Below, piece by piece: positions 1 to 9,520 of a DNA stretch of 64,000 nucleotides. The DNA lies in contig CAWASQ010000093.1 in assembly GCA_963784465.1 (NCBI GenBank), positions 4,411-68,410 on the forward strand, in the 5' to 3' direction. The translations under genes and the position numbers were made by a program. This stretch comes from an uncultured Verrucomicrobiae bacterium (GTDB lineage: Bacteria; Verrucomicrobiota; Verrucomicrobiia; Chthoniobacterales; Terrimicrobiaceae). The number at the start of each line of letters is the position of its first letter. Position 1 is the stretch's first letter. The notes beneath the pieces are model-generated. The model saw only the letters and a list, made by a program, of their open reading frames with translations, did not search any database and was not told the origin of the DNA.

Positions 1-31
1 AGGGCGCCCCGCCTCACCGGACAGACCGCCG

Positions 32-451
32 GTGGGGACACCGCCGCTACAGGATCCTGCTTCGCAGGGCGTGCCTCCGCCCCTGGGCTCAGACGCCACC
101 GAACGTCAATGGGCCATCGGCATTCATTTGAGCGCGCTGCTCGGCTTCGCCGGACCTCATTTGCTCAACGTGGTCGGCCCGTTGATCATTTGGCTCATAA
201 AGAAGCAGGATAGCGCCTACCTGGATGCTGTCGGAAAGCGCGTGCTGAATTTTCAGATTTCGTACTCCGTTTACGGATTTGCTGCCGCCACTCTGATTGG
301 TCTGCTTTGGTGGCTGGTCATAGGACTATTCCTCGTCCCACTTTACGTGATGATCGCGGTCGCTTGGCTGATTTTCACGATCATCGGTGCGATGAAGGAG
401 AGCAACGGGGAAACTTATGAGTTCCCGTTTGTGATTAAGTTCTTTCCGTAA
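32..451 (+). CDS. small integral membrane protein (DUF4870-like)
   Basis: 139-aa ORF. Pro/Gly-rich N-terminus followed by three hydrophobic helices (IGIHLSALLGFAG..., FAAATLIGLLWWLVIGLFLV..., IAVAWLIFTIIGA). Family name recalled from memory. Confidence 0.55.
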   Translation: MGTPPLQDPASQGVPPPLGSDATERQWAIGIHLSALLGFAGPHLLNVVGPLIIWLIKKQDSAYLDAVGKRVLNFQISYSVYGFAAATLIGLLWWLVIGLFLVPLYVMIAVAWLIFTIIGAMKESNGETYEFPFVIKFFP

Positions 452-588
452 TCCCTGCCGTTTGCGGACTGCCAGCGGCACCGCCCACCCGGGAGCGGTC
501 TCATAGGTTCAGGAGGAGATTTTGCGCTTTGGGCGGAGCGTAGCGCCTTGAAATTCGCGGAGTTCCAGGGTATACTATTGACGATTTT

Positions 589-941
589 GGGGGCGTATTG
601 GTTTCGACATGAAGTTCGATGCCAGGCTCGCATGCCGAGGATGATTCGTTGGCCTCGTTAAAAATCGGATCAAACAAATAAACGCAGATCACGAAGATCT
701 CGCTCTCGCGGCCTAACGTGCCGTGACGTGTCCGGGCTGACGCCTGCTAGGAACGGATACGATGGCAGCAGGCTGGCCTTCCGCCGGGGCGACCGCGGCG
801 TGGGGTGAATCGATTTCGTGGCCGCTCTGGAGTGTGTGGCGTGACGGTCCGCAGCATTGCTCCGAGAATAAAGATCGCCTAAGCATGTAGAAGGTCTCGC
901 TGACCGCTTTATGGACAGGGGTTCAACTCCCCTCGCCTCCA
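589..941 (+). ncRNA. ssrA: tmRNA (ssrA)
   Basis: 5' end is GGGGGCGTATTGGTTTCGAC. 3' end has T-arm AGGGG-TTCAACT-CCCCT, then acceptor strand CGCCTCC and discriminator A. The acceptor pairs with 5' GGGGGCG and includes G3:U70. Internal tag frame GCA GAT CAC GAA GAT CTC GCT CTC GCG GCC TAA (684-716) encodes ADHEDLALAA*. Confidence 0.85.
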
Positions 942-956
942 CATTGTTTACAGAGT

Positions 957-995
957 AAACCGAATCGGTTTGCGAATTTGTGACAGTTTGTGACA
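957..995. repeat. palindrome AAACCGAATCGGTTT plus tandem TTTGTGACA x2 between ssrA and int
   Basis: AAACCGA/TCGGTTT inverted repeat at 957-971. TTTGTGACA at 977-985 and 987-995, a 10-bp period. Confidence 0.6.
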
Positions 996-1005
996 AAGTG
1001 GGCTC

Positions 1006-2196
1006 ATGAAAGAGCCTCTTCGCGTCACAGCGGTCAAGGGTCACGAGATTTCCACCTACCGCCTCTCGTCGGGCAGATGCATGGTTGTCTGGTATGACTC
1101 CGAGGGGCGACGACAGCGGCGCTCGCGCGCGACATTGAAGGAGGCAGACGAGTTGGTTCGAGATGTGTCGGAGGCTCTGCAGAAGAAAGCGAACGGCACG
1201 ATGACGCTCGATGACCGTCAAGCCTACAGCCTCGCTCGCGAACTCGTTGAGCCGTTCGGTTACACCGTTCTTCAGGCCGTGAGGGAATGGGAGCGGAGCA
1301 AGGCGCCGTATCGGGGCAAGAAAACTGCCGACGTGATTGCGGAGTTGATTGCCGCAAAGCGCAGAGAACAACTCTCTGTTCCTTACGTAAACCGCCTGGA
1401 AGACGATCTGAAATCGTTCGCGGCCGTGGTTCCCGAGGAAATCGAAAAGGTGCAAGCGCCGCATATCAAGGAGTTCCTGAACGGCTGCAAGGTCGGCCCG
1501 AGGCGCTGGAACAATCTGCGCGATCAGGTCGTAACGCTTTTTCGCTTTGCGCGTTCGGAGCGCTACCTTCCGAAGGACCGCACGACCGAAGCGGAGGATG
1601 TGGCGAAGATGAAAGTCGCGCGCAAGACGGTAGAAATGTTCACGCCCGAGGATCTTCAAATCATCCTCGAGAACGTCCGGCCGGCCTGGTTGCCGTGGAT
1701 CGTTTTCAGCGCTTTCGCCGGAATCCGCACGTTCGAGGTACTGCGGATGGATTGGTCGAACGTGTGTTGGGAGCAGAAGTTGATCGACCTCCCGCCCGAA
1801 GTCACCAAGGTCAATGAACGGCGGATCATTCCCATGTGCGACGCGCTGATCGAAGCTCTCACGCCTTGGCAGCAAACTACCGGGCCCGTGTGCCAGGCCA
1901 AAGTTCCGCAGCGTGAGATCGAGCAGATCATGGCCAAGGTGAAGAACACTTACCCGGGTTTTCGATGGAAACACAACGCGCTTCGTCATGCGTATGGCAG
2001 CTATCGGACGGCATTGACTCAGAACGTTCCGCAAGTCGCGTTGGAGATGGGGAACTCGATCCACATGGTAAAACGCCACTACTTGGAAGCGAAAACTTTC
2101 GAGGAGGGTTTGCGTTGGTTCCGGATCGCTTGGCTCACTCCCAAATGGGAGCGTGCGAAGAGCCCATTCCTCCGCTGGGTCGCCGCGCCCGTGTGA
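1006..2196 (+). CDS. int: tyrosine-type site-specific integrase
   Basis: 396 aa. C-terminal HNALRHAYGSY ... MVKRHY (H-x-x-R ... catalytic Y) is typical of phage integrase family. Starts 65 bp after the ssrA 3' end. Confidence 0.9.
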   Translation: MKEPLRVTAVKGHEISTYRLSSGRCMVVWYDSEGRRQRRSRATLKEADELVRDVSEALQKKANGTMTLDDRQAYSLARELVEPFGYTVLQAVREWERSKAPYRGKKTADVIAELIAAKRREQLSVPYVNRLEDDLKSFAAVVPEEIEKVQAPHIKEFLNGCKVGPRRWNNLRDQVVTLFRFARSERYLPKDRTTEAEDVAKMKVARKTVEMFTPEDLQIILENVRPAWLPWIVFSAFAGIRTFEVLRMDWSNVCWEQKLIDLPPEVTKVNERRIIPMCDALIEALTPWQQTTGPVCQAKVPQREIEQIMAKVKNTYPGFRWKHNALRHAYGSYRTALTQNVPQVALEMGNSIHMVKRHYLEAKTFEEGLRWFRIAWLTPKWERAKSPFLRWVAAPV

Positions 2197-2219
2197 TTGG
2201 CTCGTCTCAGCGTCGGCTC

Positions 2220-2561
2220 TCAAGCGGAAATGGCTTTTCGTCTGCGGTCTATTCGTTTCGAAATTGACGCTGTCTCTCGCGATTTCCCGTCAAGCAGCCT
2301 TGCGAGATCCGCCTCTCGAACTCGGTATTCCTTTCCGACACGCACGGCGGCGAGCACCGAACGCTTTATCCAGTCTCGGACGGCGCCCGCCGTGAAGCCG
2401 GTCCGTTGGCCGACCTCTGCTACCGTAAGAAGGCGGTCTCCATGCGCGCCGGCTAGTTGCCCTTGAAGTGCATCGATCTCTGATGCTTCAATTATGAGCC
2501 AACCATCACGAACGAAGATCGTCGTGGTTTCGGCGTTCAGTCGAAGGCGGGCACAATTCAT
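2220..2561 (-). CDS. excisionase/MerR-type helix-turn-helix DNA-binding protein
   Basis: Internal Met of the 219-aa ORF. C-terminal LLTVAEVGQRTGFTAGAVRDWIKRSVLAAVRVGKEYRVREADLARLL looks like an excisionase-family HTH. The upstream Arg-rich part is probably not coding. Confidence 0.55.
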   Translation of the reverse strand: MNCARLRLNAETTTIFVRDGWLIIEASEIDALQGQLAGAHGDRLLTVAEVGQRTGFTAGAVRDWIKRSVLAAVRVGKEYRVREADLARLLDGKSRETASISKRIDRRRKAISA

Positions 2562-3881
2562 AGACAGTTGCTCAGACAGAACGTGCCACCGCGACGCATC
2601 AGAGTTGCGCGACCGCGAGAGCAACTGCGAGCCCGCAATGACGGATTGGGTTTCGGTCGAAATCCGAATTCGGGAGGAAGCGCTTGAACGTCGCGTTTTT
2701 CGTAATCGCTGGCGATGGCGCAATCCGAGGCGGCGGATGCGTGGAGCGCTCCGCTGGAGCGTCGGATTCTCGCGGCGACGCTGATTGGAACGGAAGTCAC
2801 CGATGGGATCGAAGTGTGGATCGGCCTCGGTGCGACTGCCCCGCTGACGACCGGTTCGTTTTGCCGCACGCTGCGACATCGAATCGGCCTTAACTCAGCA
2901 GGGAACGGCGCGATCGTGTCGGTTTCGACCGCCACGTGCACTGGTGCGAGCAATTCACGGATGAGACGCAGCGAGGTCCCTTTTGACGCAGCTCCATGAT
3001 ACCATCCTTGAACGGCGCGAGCTTTGCGTGACGAGTCGGCGACGGAATCGTGAGTGTGGGGGCGGCCTCGTTGAAGCGCTGCGCGCGCGCGGCGATGTCT
3101 GCTGCTTTATCCATCGGATCAGCGGCGGGTTAGCGCGAGGTCAGTTTTCCTAAGCAAATGCTTAGGGGTAGGGCGTCCATCCTTTCAAACCCACGGCTAT
3201 TCTGCCGTGGGTCGGGATCTTCTGAGCAGCGATTTTCCGCGCTCTGGCATGGCAGTGCTGACGTTGGCGGTGATTCGTTCATGCGCGGGCGTTCTGTCAA
3301 AGGTTCAAGCCGCTCCGAGGGGCAACTCTTGGTCAAACGTCCGGCACAGTTCCCCCCCCGAATGCTTTTCACCAAAAACGCAGACTAATCTCGCCAATTC
3401 GACGGGCTACTTTGAGGAGCACCATTACGCAGGCGATTATTGGCCGATGGTTCTCATATCAGAGGCGAATGCGCTCAGCTCTTGGGAGTCCATTATTCGC
3501 CAGGAATCTCGTCGCTCGGCGAACGGTTAGCGAGAGCGGGGCACTCAACCTCATCACGGCGCGCCAAGAAACCGGGAGTTCGCAAGAGTGTTACGATTCC
3601 TGGGCTGCTGGCGCCCGCGGCTGCGGAACGCCGGTAGGAGTTTGGCTATGGCAGCCATGAGGTCTGACGACGATCGACGAAAGAGGTGATCGCCCGAAAC
3701 TCAAAAAACTTGCTTCCAATAATACCGCCATTTTCTCTGAGCTCCGAAACGCGCATTCAATAATGAGGTGACATGAAAGGCTGATAGTAGCTTGATCGGC
3801 GCGAGGGGCGGCTCGGCAAGGCGCATGAACTCGATGGTGTAGGTTGTCTCCACGAAAAGGCAACCAGTTCAATCAGAGGAG

Positions 3882-4973
3882 ATGTCGGCGTTCATCGGCA
3901 TCGATTATCACAAGGTATAAAGCGTCTACAGCGATGCGCAGGGCAGCCGCTTGGGACAGGGCCGTATCGATCACGCTCATCCGGAGGATTTTGGCGCGTT
4001 GGTGCGACGATGGCCTGGATGCCACGTGGTCTTTGAAGCGGGTATGAACTGGCATTGGCTTTTTGAGATTTTGGAGATGGAGCTATCCTGCGAACGCATC
4101 GTGCTGGCCAATCCCTTCAAGACGCGGATCATTGCTGAGGCCCAGATCAAGACCGACAAGGTCGATGCGCGGATTCTTGCCGATCTGTTACGCGGCAAGC
4201 TCGTCTCCAGCGTGCATATTCCAGGTCGGGAGACCCGGCGGATCAAGGAGGTGCTCCGCCAGCGCTGTTTTTTCGTTCGCCAGCGCACGATGCTGCGCAA
4301 TCGCATTCATCGGCTGCTTGGCGGCCAGCACGAAGTGAAGTTGCCGCAATGCAGCGACCTCTTCGGCCGCAAGGGCCTGGGCTTCCTGGAAAGGCTCGAG
4401 CTCCCAGCGCCGACCAGACTTCTATTGACCCAGCAACTGACGCTCTTTAAAGCAACTGGCCGCGCGCATCCGCGAGGATCAGAAAGCCCTGGACGGCCTG
4501 CTTGAGCAAAGTCCGGCGCTCCAGCATGTTCGCAGCCTTCCCGGTATGGGACCGATCCTGTGGCTGCCGTGGTCGTCACCGAGATCGACAGCTCGAGCGC
4601 TTTCCCTCGGCTCAGAAGCTCTGCGGCTACGCCGGTTTGTGTCCTTCCACCAGCAGCAGTGGATAGTAAGACTTTTCAAGGCAAACTGCTACCACATTGC
4701 AACAAATGGCTTCGCTGGGCCTTCGTCGAGGCCGCCTGGGTTGCCATCGGTTGCTCGGCCTATTTCGGGGACTTCTACAAACGCAAGCGAGCGCTTGGCA
4801 AGAAGCCCAACATCGCAATCCTGGCCACCGCACGTCTGATAGCTCGAATCACCTGGCAGCTCTTGACGCAGCGTCGGGGCTACACGAGCGCTGTTGAGAC
4901 CCAATACCTCCGAAGCCAGCCTGCCGAGCGGATTCCCTGCGCGGTAGGCTTGGCTCACCGCCGGGGCGGCTGA
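3882..4973 (+). pseudogene. IS110 family transposase, disrupted
   Basis: MSAFIGIDYHKV then an in-frame TAA at 3918-3920. N-terminal DEDD-type domain (ORF 3951-4505) and C-terminal domain (KTFQGKLLPHCNKWLRWAFVEAAWVA..., ORF 4560-4973). The expected QLAARIREDQKALDGLLEQSPALQHVRSLPGMGPIL and ERFPSAQKLCGYAGLCPSTSSSG segments lie in other frames, implying at least 4 frameshifts. Confidence 0.8.
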
Positions 4974-5041
4974 TGAGGAGGGCTTTGCGGTCGCCCTCCT
5001 GCCCCGGCAATGAATAACTTTGGAGACGGTATCAGGGGAGC

Positions 5042-5188
5042 GTGATGGGGGAGGATTCGCTTCTTGAGCTGGTCACCGCGGCCGCCGAAGAACGCCAGCT
5101 TTCGCAGAATTCACTCATCGCCTACCGGCGCAGCTGGCTCAAAATATTCGCATGGGCGGCGGCGGAAGGCCTCGTCCTCGAGACATGA
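5042..5188 (+). pseudogene. tyrosine recombinase (XerC/D-like) N-terminal fragment
   Basis: 48-codon ORF VMGEDSLLELVTAAAEERQLSQNSLIAYRRSWLKIFAWAAAEGLVLET* resembles the SAM-like N-terminal domain. No catalytic domain follows. Confidence 0.4.
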
Positions 5189-5479
5189 GCGGAAATCTTC
5201 AAATAACAACGGCGACCCTTGAAGTGCTCGCGTGCATCGCCTTTAGGCAGCCAATCAGCCAAAGCGGAAATCGTGCAACCGGAGGTTTCCCACGAACGTG
5301 CGCAGCCGCTGATCCACCCGCCCTGGATAGGCGTAAGGATTCCTTCGTAAATGAGTAACATGATGTCGTAGCATCATTGCTGGCGAGATCGGATGTCCAC
5401 GAAAGGTCGCCCGGTGGCCCCTATTGAGCTGCGCGGATCCGGAGGGGCTTCTCGCTCTTCTCGTCGCGGAAAAGGGTGC

Positions 5480-5716
5480 TTAGCCTTTGCTTAGCCTAAT
5501 CGTTCTTTCCGGAGACGGCGACAAACTCACCCGGTATCTGGTATCGGCCATTTCGTTGAAAATATTCACTCCGACCACGCGTCGCTTCCGTCCGGTCATT
5601 TCTGCTGCTCGAAATGTCACGAGACCGGTGACGATATCCAACACATGATCGCCAGGACCGATTGCTGCAAGCGCGAGTATACGCGTTTGAGCGGGATAGA
5701 GTTGATCCGTGCGCAA
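5480..5716 (-). pseudogene. SAM-dependent methyltransferase N-terminal fragment (degenerate)
   Basis: ILALAAIGPGDHVLDIVTGLVTFRAAEMTG..RVVGV resembles motif I (VLDxGxGxG), but it is degenerate and the ORF is only 78 aa. Confidence 0.3.
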
Positions 5717-5771
5717 AGAAGGGGCCGTGCAGGCGCTCGGAATGACAGCGCCGCACGGCTCGGAAGGTTTG

Positions 5772-6254
5772 TTATGGAATCAGGACGGTGTCGATGACGT
5801 GGATGACGCCGTTGCTTGCGGCGATGTCGGTCTTCACGACATTCGCGCTACCGGCCTTCACCTTACCGGCGTCGGCCTTGATGGAGAGCTTTTTGCCATT
5901 TATGGTTTTGGCATCACTCGTCACAACGTCCTCGGCCATTATTTTGCCTGGAACAACGTGGTAGGTCAGCACGGCGACCAGTTGCTCCTTGTTTTCTGGC
6001 TTGAGCAGGTTCTCGACCGTGCCGTTCGGGAGCTTGGCAAAGGCTTCGTCGGTGGGCGCAAAAACGGTGAAGGGCCCTTTGCCGTTCAAGGTATCTGCGA
6101 GTCCCGCAGCCTTCACTGCGGCGACGAGGGTGTTGAACTGTCCAGCTCCGGCGGCGACCTTAACGATGGTCTTCTCCTCGGCTGCCGACAGGCTGTGTGG
6201 TATTACTTGCAAGAGTGCAGCAAAGGCTGCTGCAATGTACGCTATTTTTCTCAT
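5772..6254 (-). CDS. secreted fasciclin (FAS1) domain protein
   Basis: Signal peptide [27 protein letters not shown]1 motifs [44 protein letters not shown]. Confidence 0.85.
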   Translation of the reverse strand: MRKIAYIAAAFAALLQVIPHSLSAAEEKTIVKVAAGAGQFNTLVAAVKAAGLADTLNGKGPFTVFAPTDEAFAKLPNGTVENLLKPENKEQLVAVLTYHVVPGKIMAEDVVTSDAKTINGKKLSIKADAGKVKAGSANVVKTDIAASNGVIHVIDTVLIP

Positions 6255-6525
6255 GAGTTTGATTCGGTTTGTTGTTTTGATGCGGAGGGTTATGTTGCCC
6301 CCACACGAAACGGAACGCCGTTGGCTCGCCACTGGATGCCGACTTTAATTCGCTAAATTCGTGTTACATACGCATCCGAATTGCGCCGCCGAACGTTCAC
6401 GATCGATTTTTGGATCGCCTGCGGCTCGCCCGAGGGCTTGCAAAAAATGGCGTCCTCCGAGAATCCGGTTGAAGCTTGCAAACGTAGCATCGGATGAATA
6501 CTCGACTTTGTGATTTCTCTTCCTA

Positions 6526-7101
6526 ATGCTTAGTGAACTCCTTGAGGAACAAGCGGCGCTCTACGTTGCGGGGGTCATGACGGCGCAGCAGCGGGAGCAG
6601 TTTGAACTCGTCATCGAGTTCCATGACGAGCTTCGTGAGTTCGCATGGGGACTAGCCGAGATCGGTACCGCCATCACGCTTGCCACGCTGCGTCGAGGCG
6701 ATGCGGGGCCTTCGCCGGCGACAAAGACGCGCATTCTCGACGCGGTTGCCGATCGCCCGCAGCAGGCCACGTCGGAAGCTTTGGTGATGTCAGGCCCGGA
6801 CAGCATGGTGCAATGGATCAACCCGGCATTCAGCGTCATGTGTGGATACACGCTCGAAGAACTGCGGGGGAAAAAGCTCGGCCCGATACTACAAGGCGAG
6901 AAAACCGATCGTGAAGCGGCGGAGCGGATGCAGCGCGCGGTGCACGAATACCGGCCGTGCTGCGAGACGATCGTCAACTACCATAAGAACGGAACCCCTT
7001 ACTGGGTCGAGATCGCGATCACGCCGATCTTCGACGACGCGGGCCAGCCGCTCTGGCTCGTCGCCCGCGAACGCGAGGTTACCGATCGCGTCGCGGCGTA
7101 A
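6526..7101 (+). CDS. anti-sigma-like N-terminal domain fused to a LOV-like PAS domain (no photoactive Cys)
   Basis: N-terminal EEQAALYVAGVMTAQQREQFELVIEFHDELREF is RskA-like. The PAS core NPAFSVMCGYTLEELRGKKLGPILQGEKTD...NYHKNGTPYWVEIAITPIFDDAG aligns to the LOV pattern, but GRNCRFLQG is replaced by GKKLGPILQG. Confidence 0.7.
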   Translation: MLSELLEEQAALYVAGVMTAQQREQFELVIEFHDELREFAWGLAEIGTAITLATLRRGDAGPSPATKTRILDAVADRPQQATSEALVMSGPDSMVQWINPAFSVMCGYTLEELRGKKLGPILQGEKTDREAAERMQRAVHEYRPCCETIVNYHKNGTPYWVEIAITPIFDDAGQPLWLVAREREVTDRVAA

Positions 7102-7355
7102 GCAGAGCGGCTCGATTGTGGCCGCTCTCTGTTCCCGCGGGGGACTCTACAATTGCGGGCCAATCATATCCCGTAGCGTCATCATCCCGCGACGGATGCG
7201 CGCTTTGATTCGTTTCAAGAGCTCGATCTCGGCTTCGAGCTCTTTCGCGGAATCAGGTTCCATAAATAACGACTATCAGGCTGCGGCGATAGTCGCACGA
7301 GGACGAAGATCTCGCGAAATCTGATAAGCGCCTGGCTCCGTGATCCCGTATTTTG

Positions 7356-8834
7356 TCAAGCAGGGGTGGGGCGTGAAGGGGCGATGGTCCTGACGCTTTC
7401 GGCGAGGCGCCGGATCATGCCTCCGAAAATCATGCGGTGGATCGGGTAAAGGAGATACCAGTAGGCGAATCCGAAAAGTCCTTTTGGTGCAAAGAATGCG
7501 GTCTGGATAAGAAGTGGGCGCGAGTCGCCGTCTTGAGCTTTGACTTCAAATTGCAGCCACGCTCTTCCCGGCACTTTCATCTCCGCACGCAGCCGCATCA
7601 TGCGTCCCGGATCGATGGCTTCGACGCGCCAGAAGTCGAGCGCCTCGCCCACGCGGATCTCATCGGCATCTCGACGGCCGCGCCGCATTCCCACGCCGCC
7701 ACAGAGCCGGTCGCAGGCGCCGCGGAGGCGCCACGTCCAATTGAGATACAGCCATCCGCGCGTGCCGCCCACGCCGGTGAACGCGCGGAAGATCGCGTCC
7801 GGTGGCGCATTCACGGCCACCTGTCGGCGCTCAATGATCATGCCTTCGTGCGTGGTGAGGGCGACGGGCGGGGCGCCGCGGTGGCTGGCGGAGAGTGCGT
7901 CGCTCCATGCGCTCTCGACGGAGCGGGCGTCGAGCTTTTCCAGCGCGAGCTTCACCGCGGTGCGATAGTCGAGCGGCTGAATTGTCGGGAAAAGTCGTCG
8001 CGCCCGATCATCGCGGACGATGATCTCGTTCCGCAGTCCGGCGATGAGCGGCCGCGCGATGCTCGCGGGAATCGGGGTGACGAAGTGGACCCAGTAGGAT
8101 GAGAGCTTCGGCGTCAGCACAGGCACCGGAACGAGCCAGCGCCGGAGCCCGCGGACTTCGGCGTAGAAGGTGAGCATTTCGCCATAGCTAATTACGTCGG
8201 CGCCGCCGATCTCGACGACCTCTCCGGCGCTCGCAGGGACGCGCAATGCCTCCACGAGATAGTCCAGCACATTGCGGACGGCGATGGGCTGGATGCGGGT
8301 ATACACCCAGAGCGGGCAGATCATCACGGGCACCCGCTCGGTGAGGTAGCGGATCATTTCAAAGGACAGACTGCCCGATCCTACGATCACTCCCGCGCGA
8401 AACTCGGTGACTGGCACGCCGCTTTCCCGCAACGCGTCGCCTGTCTGATGCCGCGAGCGCAGATGCGCGGAGAGATCCGTGGCGGGGTCGCCGAGGCCGC
8501 CGAGGTAGATGATCCGTTCTACTCCTTCGCTTTTCGCAGCGGCAGCAAAGTTGCGCGCGGCCTGCACATCGCGTTCGGAAAAATCTGCCCCCGCGCCGAG
8601 GCTATGCACGAGATAATAGGCGACAGCGGCGTCGCGCATGGCGTCGGCGAGCGATTCCGGCCGCAGCACATCGCCTTCGATCGTCTCGACGCCGTCTCGC
8701 CACGCCCGGCCTTGCAAGCGAGTCGCGTCGCGGACAAGGCATCGCACGCGATAACCAGCGTCCAGCAGCCGCGGCACCAACCGCCCGCCGATATAGCCGG
8801 TCGCGCCGGTGATAAGGACTGTGGATTGTTTCAT
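7356..8834 (-). CDS. NAD(P)-binding SDR/NmrA-like protein with C-terminal DUF2867-like domain
   Basis: MKQSTVLITGATGYIGGRLVPRLL Rossmann motif at the internal Met. About 490 aa. ATGA overlap with the upstream ORF. Confidence 0.8.
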   Translation of the reverse strand: MKQSTVLITGATGYIGGRLVPRLLDAGYRVRCLVRDATRLQGRAWRDGVETIEGDVLRPESLADAMRDAAVAYYLVHSLGAGADFSERDVQAARNFAAAAKSEGVERIIYLGGLGDPATDLSAHLRSRHQTGDALRESGVPVTEFRAGVIVGSGSLSFEMIRYLTERVPVMICPLWVYTRIQPIAVRNVLDYLVEALRVPASAGEVVEIGGADVISYGEMLTFYAEVRGLRRWLVPVPVLTPKLSSYWVHFVTPIPASIARPLIAGLRNEIIVRDDRARRLFPTIQPLDYRTAVKLALEKLDARSVESAWSDALSASHRGAPPVALTTHEGMIIERRQVAVNAPPDAIFRAFTGVGGTRGWLYLNWTWRLRGACDRLCGGVGMRRGRRDADEIRVGEALDFWRVEAIDPGRMMRLRAEMKVPGRAWLQFEVKAQDGDSRPLLIQTAFFAPKGLFGFAYWYLLYPIHRMIFGGMIRRLAESVRTIAPSRPTPA

Positions 8835-9520
8835 GGTGTGTAGGCATAATCGGCCGAAAGGCCGATGGGCAAGGAGTTCTGTTTCGGTTGTCGTAAGTTT
8901 TCTGCGCACTTTGTCGTTTGCGTATTTGCCGAGGACGAGCCGCAGCGGCGGCGCGTCGATTCGATGGCGGCGATGATCGCTTCCGCCGCCTTATCCGGGT
9001 CGCCGGGCTGTTTGCCGTCCATCGTTTCGAGGAAGCGCAGGAACTTTCCGCTTGCGCGATCGTAGTCGGCGATGTGGCTTCCCGCGCGATCCAGCGAGCG
9101 CCCGATAAAGTCGGTGCGAAACGGCCCGGGCTGCACAATCGTCACCTTGATTCCGAGCGGCTTGAGTTCGGCGGCGAGCGATTCGGAGACGCCTTCCCAA
9201 TCCAACATTACCGAGTAGGTGAGTTTCTTGCGGAAGGCCTCGCGAAACATGCCGTGGAAGAGCTCCGGAATCATCGAGACATCGGCCACGCCGTCGATGT
9301 CGATGCGTTTTCTGTAGCGGTCGTAGAGCGCTTGAATCCACGGCGCGAGCTGATCGGAGCCTTTGTGATCGGCGACGGTCATCAAGGTGACCTTCGCTTT
9401 TGGAAAGCGGTAGCTCCGCGTCTTGGCATCCTGGTCGGTGAGCTCGAAATCGCTCAGCTTTTCCACCGGCTCGGCGATCGCTGCCTTGAGGAGGATAACG
9501 GCGAAGAGCGGGAGTCTCAT
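8831..9520 (-). pseudogene. chimeric ORF: truncated secreted thioredoxin-fold-like protein fused to the C-terminal part of a classical SDR
   Basis: Residues 1 to about 110 carry a signal peptide and redoxin-like sequence. From about residue 110, VSESLAAELKPLGIKVTIVQPGPFRTDF...DGKQPGDPDKAAEAIIAAIES is the tail of a short-chain dehydrogenase. The expected ending PPLRLVLGKYAND lies in another frame. Confidence 0.5.

Noticed and set aside
670-2223. 517-aa minus-strand ORF covering the tmRNA and the integrase
   Set aside because: It is antisense to a well-supported integrase and overlaps the tmRNA. Its composition is Arg/Pro-rich, typical of GC-rich antisense frames. I treat it as spurious.
5190-5360. 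ScpB-like fragment (TLEVLACIAFRQPISQ)
   Set aside because: Only about 16 residues resemble the ScpB motif, and the continuation does not match in any frame I tried. That is too weak for a feature call.
6526-7101. Calling this protein a blue-light LOV photoreceptor
   Set aside because: The adduct-forming Cys is absent, and other flavin-contacting positions appear substituted. Only LOV-like PAS is supportable.
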